A program made the translations under genes and the position numbers. A stretch of 58,156 bases of DNA, the filler included, from Sphacelaria rigidula (taxonomy: Eukaryota), in NCBI GenBank assembly GCA_964200075.2. It is 7 parts of 7 records of this genome, joined end to end, with 100 filler letters (N's around TTAATTAATTAA, not from the genome) between each part and the next. Parts side by side here need not be neighbours in the genome. Positions count along the whole stretch, not along the records: positions 49,936 to 58,156 come from CAXNAA020011868.1; 6 more parts are not named here. One strand, 5' to 3'. Positions within the stretch are counted from its first letter, which is position 1, and every line of letters begins with the position of its first letter. The notes beneath the pieces were generated by a model that did not search any database, was not told the origin of the DNA, and worked only from the letters and a program-made list of their open reading frames with translations. Of this stretch, positions 49,836-58,156 are shown in pieces.

Positions 49836-49935
49836 NNNNNNNNNNNNNNNNNNNNNNNNNNNNNNNNNNNNNNNNNNNNTTAATTAATTAANNNNNNNNN
49901 NNNNNNNNNNNNNNNNNNNNNNNNNNNNNNNNNNN
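49836..49935. other. Artificial contig linker
   Basis: N44-TTAATTAATTAA-N44. Confidence 0.99.
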
Positions 49936-50169
49936 CTCCGTCCTTCCTGCTTTGTCCCGAAAGGGATGCGTGGTCAATGGTCAAACGACCAAGGCAAGCA
50001 ATGGAAGCGTCCCCCCCCCCCCCCTTCATTCGTTATTCCTCGGAATGAATCCGCCGTGTCGAGGGATTGGACTATACTACTCCCCCCCCCTCCTTCTTTT
50101 GTTTTGCTATGCACGTATGTTTTCATTCATTCAATGACGTAAACCGGAATTCTGCACGAGTATACCTCG

Positions 50170-50499
50170 TTTGCGTGTTGTCATTTCATCTATTCTGCAA
50201 GCCAATCTGCACCTTTCGGTATATGTGGGCGCATCAGCCGGGGTCACACAGGGGGAAGGCCAACAAAGGAGTTTTTTTTTTCTATAGTACTCCACCGTCA
50301 TTCTACGATGCTCGCCTCTTTTTTTACTGCGAGACGAGTTCAGCGGTTTCTTTCCCTCGTCGATGGTGAAGTCGTACTTTTTATACCCATGGCATGATGT
50401 GAGAAAAACTCCAAGAGCGTGTGATTTCACCGAGAGATGCGAACTCACGATCCAACCGTCAGAAGGTTTCGACGTTATCAACTGAGCCACCGGGGCGAC
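50170..50499 (-). mobile_element. tRNA-derived SINE, copy 1
   Basis: Head gccccggTGGCTCAGTTGata (A box) and GAGTTCGCATCTC (B-box-like). Collinear with the inverted copy at 56271-56620. Confidence 0.7.
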
Positions 50500-51486
50500 A
50501 GGTACCTGAATGTCGAAATTCCACTGCATGAATTCGCCCAAAGTGACGACTTGCACGACCAGGGTGTGGCCGTTCTTGGATATGCGTTTGGTTCTGTAGA
50601 CTCTCCGCAGAGATATTCAACACTGCTAGCCGGTTCTCCTTCCGAGCACAAATTGCGGAGTTACAACCTCGTGCTGGGGTAATCCCTGCGGATTTTGGCC
50701 GACGGGGCTTTATCGAATGCAGCTTCAAATGTTGAACGACAAAAAATAGGGTGTTCAGATTTCTCTATTTCAAGAGCCCTTGTCGAGTTGGTCGAGCGTT
50801 TCGACAAGATACGTCTGGTGTAAATGCGAGACGAAAGTTGTGGGCTGTTTCCAAGGACCAAACCTTTTCTTGCTTCTTGGATTGGATATGGCAACAAAAC
50901 ACTTGAAAAAGGCCTGAAGCTGCACAGCGTCGCAGCAACCTGGTTCCACGACCTTGCTCGTCTCGTTTCGTATTTGTCATTTTTTGCCCCTTCCTTCCTC
51001 CCCGGAAGTCGTTCGACAGAGTCCTGTCGTTTTTTTGTGTTGTCGGGGAAATTCCGTGCCTCACGTTCTCTGTTGTCTTGCTCTTCCTTTCCTTTGCTTT
51101 TTTCTCCCTTTGCGTAGCTCTTCTTTATTCCAGCTTGCCGCATTGGTCCGTCTTTCTCGAGTATGGGCACACGTATTATTTCCACCACAGCTGGATTCGT
51201 AATCGGTCAGCAAATTTGCGACAAGCTGTCAATTCTCCATTCTACCATAGCTCACAAAAGTGAATTTGCTTGCGATGCAGAGGGTGTGAAGTACGGGCCG
51301 CTGTATTCAAATTCATACCGTGCTATGACTCCCACGTTCCGAAATTATCGCCATAGAATGTTCATGGTTCCTTCTTCTGCCCAGCTTAAGCACTCGCTAA
51401 CGTCCACTTGACTTGCGACGCACTCCTCGCCCCAACGCACTTTCAATTAACGCACCCGTGTCTGCATGTATTCCTCATGTGCTCAG

Positions 51487-51659
51487 TGTGGGGGCGCTGC
51501 AAGGATAAGTTCGGCCAGTCTTGGGGCATTGATGAGCCACAGGTTGGCCCCTCCAAAACCAACGAGGACATGGCGTTGGACATGAAACTGGGGGATAAGT
51601 ACAAGTGGAGGTGGTCGTGGAGCGAGGTAGATGCTCCTAAAATGTACTGCTTCGGAGAG
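51487..51659 (+). CDS. Penultimate exon of GyrI-like protein
   Basis: cag|TG TGG...GAG|gtgagg. Reads WGRCKDKFGQSWGIDEPQ...KWRWSWSEVDAPKMYCFGE and supplies the first strand of the domain. Confidence 0.75.
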
Positions 51660-52214
51660 GTGAGGCAGATCCGTTCGGTTCGAATCTTTAGGATCGGTGT
51701 CGTATCTCTCAATATTTGCGCCACAGTCTGAATTTGTGGTCTTGCTCAATCGCAAGGTTTCGGGGTCGTGCAGGAGCCGTCACCCTGAATCCACGCGGTC
51801 GGACCACTTTAGTGATGACAAAAATATGGTGGTGTGCCAGGAGTAAGCGATGCACGCACTGGTGGGAATGTTAGAAAAGTTGATCACCAGTCAGAGAAAT
51901 CGAAGTGATGCGGTGTTTGGCACACCAGGAGAGCTAACCTCAGTTGCGGATTTGCCTGAGCTATGGATTTGCCTCGAGACCGCATCGCAGCCCCGTACAG
52001 AGATTTGTGTTCACACCCCTATACAGAGCATACGAAGGGGATACCTGAATAAGAAGACGACAAATCACACTAACGAGTATTTATGTGCACTGTGTTGCTG
52101 TTACGCTGATGTAGGTATATGCGTAGGTGTTGACGATACTGGACTAACTCAAGCAATACTTCACTAAACTACCGTCAAACCTCGTTCTCATCGACTATTG
52201 GCGTACACCGTAAG

Positions 52215-52706
52215 GTTCGCACTTGCCCGGCAAAGGGGCCAGAACTCGAGAGCGCCATGGAGACGATGCTTCCTGCCGCATTCGCCGAAGCGAGCAAGAA
52301 GGGCATGGAGATAGTAGGCCCACCCCTTTCGGCGTATTACACGTGGGATCCCAAGGAAGGTGGCAACACCCGCTTCACCACAGGGGCGATGGTTGCCGGG
52401 GACGATTCGATCAACGAGGCGGGGGAGGAAGACAACGGGCTCGGTATTCGCTCGGTCGGTGGCGTTCGATGTGTCACCACGGTGCACACGGGGCCTTACG
52501 ACGAGCTGATTCAGTGCTATGAGGCTACCATGGACTGGGTCGAGATGAAGGGGTTCGAGAGCAAGATGCCTAGTGTGGAGTTGTATGAGAACGACCCCAA
52601 GGATACGGAGCCTGCCAAGCTTAGGACCAAAGTGTTCGTCCCCATTGTGCCCAAGGCGGGCGGTGATGGAAAGAAGGTCGACGGCTGCAAGGAAGGAACG
52701 AAATAG
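52215..52706 (+). CDS. Terminal exon: GyrI-like small-molecule-binding (AraC effector-binding) domain
   Basis: aag|GTT CGC. Contains GPPLSAYYTWDP, VHTGPYDELIQCYEATMDWV and VELYENDP..LRTKVFVPI, ending at TAG. The acceptor is inferred from phase. Confidence 0.88.
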   Translation, partial: VRTCPAKGPELESAMETMLPAAFAEASKKGMEIVGPPLSAYYTWDPKEGGNTRFTTGAMVAGDDSINEAGEEDNGLGIRSVGGVRCVTTVHTGPYDELIQCYEATMDWVEMKGFESKMPSVELYENDPKDTEPAKLRTKVFVPIVPKAGGDGKKVDGCKEGTK

Positions 52707-54884
52707 CTTTTTTCTTCTCTGCAAGTTTGGTGCTTGACGTATTACTTCTGCAATTGTTTTGAGAGCATCACATACTTCATCTCGTGTGTAGTAATATTTC
52801 TTGTCATTTACAACGCGTGCTCAAGGTCAGCATTTGTCGACAGTGCCTCTCGTGGCGCATTACTGTGTTTGTACGGCGTGATCGCTTGAAGTGGTAGCGG
52901 CTTTCGTTTCGCTGCTCAGAGTGTCGAGGAACACAAGCAGGAGCCTAACTGTAGAGTATACTGGAGGTATATTTGGGGTGGGGGGGGGGGGGGGGGCGTC
53001 GTTTTTAGAAATTACTGCATCGCGACCGCTGTCCTCTTCTCGAATGATGTATACATGATGAGGGTGCAACATGCGATACCTTAGCTGCAAAAGTAGTAGG
53101 ACTTTACCCACAATTGCAGCTAGACCTCACACGGCAAAGAGTATCGACTTTGCCGCGGGTGGGATATCAGCACGCGCGATAATGAGGGCCTGTAGTGCCG
53201 TTGAAGTGCACATTGTGCGGCGGAAGTAGACTGTTCGTGTTTTTGTGTTGAATTAGCTGCATGCTATATGGTTCTGAGGGACATGCTGGTTCAGCGTGCG
53301 TCTTGAGAGAGATGTTCGTGCGTCATATAAGGGGTTCGCTCACCCCGCAGGCGATTTGGATCTCTCTATTTCGCCCAGGCAGACACACTCCTGGTGCGTG
53401 CTAGATCGTATGCGAGCTCTCGAGCGTGTTGTTGAGACAACGGATGGTCTCCCATGTAGCCTCGCTTTTGCCTCTTCGCAGGCAGGGGCCCTGGCTCCTT
53501 GTGTTGCAGGCCGGCAGCAGGGATTGGCCCGAAGCGTCCACGATCGTGATGTATCCTGAAGGAGGGAAGTGGCCCTCCCAAACCTATTTTATGCTTGTGT
53601 TGGTTGAGTACAAGGTGGAAGCTATTTGCTGGTTTCACGCTGTTTCAGTGAAATGGTTCGGCCCATCTGTGAACTTGAATCGATATTAATTTCCATTTGA
53701 AGATGCAAGACCTAGCTTACCCATCCTGGCGGTTGGAGAGTTGAGCGAGTGTGACGAGTGATTTTTCAGGTTAATTCGATGGCGATTCAAAATATGGGCA
53801 AGCCTTCTAGGTTCGATCAGTTGGAAAACAAAGTGCAAGCGAGGGTTCCGGGAGGAAGAGACGGCTGGCCCGTGGCGTCATCGTGAGGAATAGGGTGACT
53901 TGAGAGGAGGAAAATCATGCGGGTGTCGTAGTGTGACCATTCTGGAGCAGTTTCAGTACGGGAGAAATGAGCCGAGCGACTGTAGCCGATGATTTATTCC
54001 GTGTAAGATGGTTCACTGGGAGCGCACTCGTGTACAGTATGGGTGCTCGTAGGGGTTCAATGTATATGTATATATATATATAGCCATATCACAGGGAAAT
54101 GATCTCTCAATCCTTTTTCATTAGGGACTTGTCCTATTCAGTTTGAAGATGATCGAGCAGCACCCCCGTCGATACAACAGCAGACCGTGCTGGGTGAGGT
54201 ATGGACAAGGTGCTCGCGGTTTTTGTGCTGTGCATACTGCACTCTGCTGCTGCTGCTGCAGGGCGGGCGGTCGAGTGCTTGTGTAAGTATTTTACTGGAA
54301 CAAACTAGTCATCAATCGCTCCACAAGTCGCGAGCCAGATCGCTGCTTCGATTTGTTAACAATCCGTTCTAGAGTACAAAAGATCTCAGCGTTCATCGTC
54401 CTGTAAACTTATCACGAGCGGCTCGCGGTTTGGGATGCTTTGGTACCTCAAGCACTCAGCTTTGTGGACACTCAGCTGTGTGGCCGTGTCGGTCCCGTGA
54501 TGTCTCTTTGTGTTCGGTTTAACTCTTGAAAGCGCAACAAAATGCGGGAGCGTGTTCGGCACATATGTGAATATTTCGCCCGTCTCTGACCGCAGTCATC
54601 CCATCTTCGGGGAAGGGGGGGGTTAGTTTTTATCGGTACGAATTGCCAAAATCTTGTTTGCACTTCCGACCTCGGTTCGTTCCCATGGGAATGCGCGTTC
54701 CTGTTCTTCAGGAGTGCTCTCTGGGCTCTGTCTGCCGTTCAACTCTTCGGGGGTCTCCAGTGTTCTCGAAGGTGCCTAGGGGTAATATCTCGCACATTCC
54801 GGAGCACCATTTTGTTTTTTTGCGTTTCCATGATAATTCATTATCATTTTCGAAGTTCCTCCTCGAATCTCAAGCTTGCCCTTC

Positions 54885-55375
54885 GACGGTTTAAGAGACA
54901 ACCACCTAGTCTACTGACCAGTCAGCGCTGACTGGTCAGTAGTCTAGTTGAACCGTCACAAAACTTGGTCGCTGGTCCGATTCCCGTCGGACGCACTTTC
55001 TTTGAAGAAAAAGTGGAGAGAAAACCTCTGTAAAAAGAACGCCCAAGGAAAAAGGGTGGGGTATAGCCTGGTGGCTATGTTTGGAGTGTGCTGCTATAAG
55101 GACGCCAGTAGCCAGTGCACATCCTCTGGAAATGAGTGGGGCAGACGAGTAACAACCGTAGGATATGGTGAGAGGGACAAAACTAGAGGTGCTGTTGGCA
55201 GTCAATGGAGCGCTGGCGAGGGGAGTCGCGAACCTCGGACTGAAAGGGAAGGGGATCGAACGCCCACGACTAACTTTTGTGATGGTTTAAGAGATAACCA
55301 ACTAGACTACTGACCAGTCACTTGGTCAGAAGTGACTGGTCAGTAGTCTAGTTGGTTATCTCTTAAACCATCACA
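54885..55375. mobile_element. Two convergent tRNA-like SINE heads, each preceded by an inverted copy of its own 5' end
   Basis: Perfect 46-bp arms at 55278-55323 and 55330-55375, and a related palindrome at 54885-54957. A box TAGTCTAGTTGG; B-box-like GTTCGATCCC. Confidence 0.65.
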
Positions 55376-56270
55376 GCCCCCACCGACGCTAGCGCCCTCG
55401 CCCTTTCCGCGCTTCCACACGTATCCACCCGCGGGTGGCAACAAATGTCAAATTGGACCTCAACAACCAAGATCTCTGCCCTCCCAGTTTCCACTCCTGC
55501 TCCTACACTGTTCAAGTGAACAACGACGAGCCCCAGGCTTGACGCCCTCAGGAAGCCAGTCGTGTTATGCATTCCGGATTAACTCCACGAGTAAGTCCTG
55601 CCCGTCGTTTCTTGCCCCCCTTCTACACAAACCCCGCCTGGCACGGGGCATAGTACAACAGTTGATTTCACGGATAATATGACCCGGGACGACCATAAAA
55701 CCGCAAGCTCGTCTCTTCCCAGGAAGGACCTTACGCTCATTCACCAACAGTACATCGCGTACACTACCCAGGGCGACCAAACGTGCCAAGCTTGTTCTAT
55801 TCAATGACGTCCGCTCTCCCACCCGATTACCACCAACGCAGCTCCAGAGGTTCGCGAGCAATGCTCAACCCCTCCAAAGGCTACTCACGCCAAACCTCCA
55901 GAGGCATTCATTACCTTTCATGCGCCTGGAGAGCGGAGCCCCATTCGGAGGGATGCGTGAACAGAGAATGGCCTCTGGATGCCGTCCGTACCCTCACTCT
56001 GGAGGTTGAGCACACACGTGGACAGATAGCACCCTGTGGAGCACGTCTACAGGGTTCAGGGAAACTGTGCAGTGTTTTTCGCGGGGATTTATGGCTGTAG
56101 TTTTTCTTTTGCGCCACACAGTACGCTCCACAGGGTTTCAGGGAAACTGTGCAGTGTTTGTCGCGGGGATTTGGCTTTAGTTTTTTTTCGCGCCGCACAG
56201 TACACTTCACAGGTTTTCGTCACGTCGAGTACTGTTCATTGTTTTTAATATGCTGTACGGTGGTTGACCG

Positions 56271-56620
56271 GTCGCCCCGCGGTGGCTCCGTTGGTGACCT
56301 CGAAACCTTCTGACGGTTGGGTCGTGGGTTTAATTATCGGAGCAATGTGGGATTTCTCTCACACAATGCCCAACGGTGGAGAGCGACTATGTCGTGGGTA
56401 CACAAAATTCGATTTAACGGTCGACGAGGGAAAGGGACTGCTGAACCCATCTCGCGATAAAAAATAAAAAGCAAGCACTGCAGAAGGAAGGTGGGTTATT
56501 AACAAGAAAAAAAAAAGCTCCGGGGTTGACCTTCCTACATTGTGACCCCGGCTGATGCGCCCACATATACCGAAAGGTGTAGACAAGCGTCCAGAAAAGA
56601 TGGGACGACAACACACACAT
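56271..56620 (+). mobile_element. tRNA-derived SINE, copy 2
   Basis: gtcgccccgcggtggctccgttggtgacctcgaaaccttctgacggttgg... is homologous to 50170-50499. Confidence 0.7.
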
Positions 56621-56777
56621 ACACAACAGTGGTTATAGCGCACATACAGTATACTCCATACATTATGGGCATGGTATTGGCGGAAAAAAAACGGCCGAGA
56701 ATCTGCAGGGGCAGGAAATAAACTCACGATTTCGTGCTCGGGAGTGCGACGAGTTGTACATTGAGCTACCTGAATTC

Positions 56778-57073
56778 GAACAGCTTCTTCTGCTGTTCAA
56801 ACTCCATATCTGCCAGTGTGCATGGGATTTGTGCAGCAGAAAAAGCTGTTCAAAATAAAATCCTTTTTTTTGCTCAATTTAATTGAGCGAAAAAAGGATC
56901 GATTTTGAATGGGTTGTTCTGCTGTTCGAAATAAATCCTTTTTTGCCCAAATGAATTGGGCGAAAAAAGGATCTGTTTTGAATAGCTTTTCCTGCTGTCC
57001 GAGATGAATTCCTTTCTGCCCGATTTGAATCGGGCAAAACGAGGATTTATCTCGGACAGCAGGAAAAGCTATT
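56778..57073. repeat. Tandem array of four palindromic ~70-75-bp units
   Basis: Example units: atccttttttttgctcaatttaattgagcgaaaaaaggat and atcctttttttgcccaaatgaattgggcgaaaaaaggat. The last hairpin spans 56981-57073. Confidence 0.8.
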
Positions 57074-57509
57074 AAAAAGAACACACACACACACAGATTT
57101 TATACCAAAATAATCCGGAATTTTCAAAATTGGGAAGGTCTCTCCACAGGGTTGCTTGCAGGGTTTCGACAAAAACGCTATGCAAAATGCTGGTAGAGGT
57201 ACTAGGGTTTGCAAATGCAATGCAGGGTTTCTCACAAAAGACTGCGAAGAAACCTGTGCAGCACAATATCTCTCTGGGGGGATTTCATATAGTAGTAGAC
57301 CCTCCATGGTGCACGTGACCCCTCTAGGGGGTTTCATCTTCCTACCTCTCGCGTGACTTGGGTGGACAGTTCTTCTATCGGCTGTCAGCGCCTCTGGAGG
57401 AGGGCTACGTTCAGCCTCCAGAGGGATTGAACACTTCACGAGGCTTCTTCTCCCTCGGGAGGGAAAAATCTTCATGTGGAGGGATTTTGGGGGCAGCCAA
57501 ATGGCTGCG

Positions 57510-57890
57510 TGTGTGACAAGTCCGAAGGTCGTCTCCATCCATGATTTCCCGCTCATCCGCCCCACGTACACGTGTGTACAACCCAGGGCGACCACAAGTC
57601 CGAAGTTTTTCTTCTTCCGCGCACACCATAATGGGTGACCACAAATCTCAAGCTCGTCCTAGAGCATTACCTCCCCCGCCCATCCGCCCCCACTACCTCA
57701 CGTGTACAATCAGGGTGACAAATCCTAGGGTCATCTTTCGCTATGAGTTCCCGCTCATATATATCTCTCCTCCCACGCCTAGACGGCCCAGGGCGATAAC
57801 AAGCCCCAAGCTTATCTTCCTCCATGACGTCCCGCTCATCTGCCCACACCACCACAAGTGGACACTGCCCAGGGCGGCAACAAATCTCTT
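57510..57890. repeat. Degenerate ~70-bp tandem repeat; related units at ~55685-55830
   Basis: cagggcgaccacaag..ccatga..tcccgctcatccgccc recurs. Confidence 0.65.
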
Positions 57891-57959
57891 AGCCCGGCTG
57901 CCTCTACAATCAAGCCCCCCTACCCTCCGCCCCCCCCCATTCCCGTGTTGTAGGGGCGG

Positions 57960-58156
57960 ACCCCCGATGGGGTTGGCGTCGCTTGGCGATGACGCTATAA
58001 AACACGCCACTCACTACGTTAGCTAGGCAACCAGGTTACCGTCTTTTTTGGCGCCCTTGCGTTTTTTTTATGGTGGTCGAGCTAGATCATGTTGTGCGGC
58101 GTGGGAGAGCCTCAACTTCGCAAAATGGGGATGATCGTACCACGCAGTGTTTAAAT
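57960..58156 (-). mobile_element. G-tract family body, truncated by the window end
   Basis: Reverse complement matches 38985-39200 and 42480-42670. Confidence 0.75.

Noticed and set aside
8225..49935. Regularly spaced TTAATTAATTAA as a biological repeat
   Set aside because: It is embedded in fixed N44 blocks and is an assembly-concatenation linker.
8616..52706. A functional cluster linking MtnAK, the ATRX-like gene, the phosphatase, SMC2 and GyrI (for example a Wadjet-like SMC defence system)
   Set aside because: The genes lie on separate contigs, and the SMC is ordinary spliced eukaryotic condensin SMC2.
55580..55720. DIRS-type adenine methyltransferase motif (FYTNPAW)
   Set aside because: The region overlaps a degenerate ~70-bp tandem repeat also seen at 57510-57890, so the match is probably chance.

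Overview
The window is not one locus. It is seven separate, size-sorted contigs (8224, 8223, 8223, 8223, 8221, 8221, 8221 bp) joined by 100-bp N44-TTAATTAATTAA-N44 linkers, so neighbourhood across linkers is meaningless. The DNA is eukaryotic, with short exons and 0.4-3 kb repeat-filled spliceosomal introns. A brown alga (Phaeophyceae) is my best guess from the gene architecture, but this is inference. Genes rebuilt by hand from splice sites and phases, all partial: an MtnA(MRI1)-MtnK methionine-salvage fusion (contig 2); an ADD-domain, ATRX-like gene (contig 3); an AppA/Agp-like histidine acid phosphatase (contig 4); condensin SMC2 (contig 6); a GyrI-like protein (contig 7). The rest is mobile DNA: a decayed Academ-like transposase, an APE LINE, Helitron and piggyBac relics, non-autonomous TIR elements with readable TSDs, tRNA-derived SINEs (two with an inverted copy of their own head) and a cox1 NUMT. 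I see no CRISPR array, rRNA or intact tRNA. Family assignments rest on recalled motifs, not database searches. I cannot claim a new biological system; the best leads are the MtnA-MtnK fusion, the hairpin-headed SINE and the Academ-like relic.
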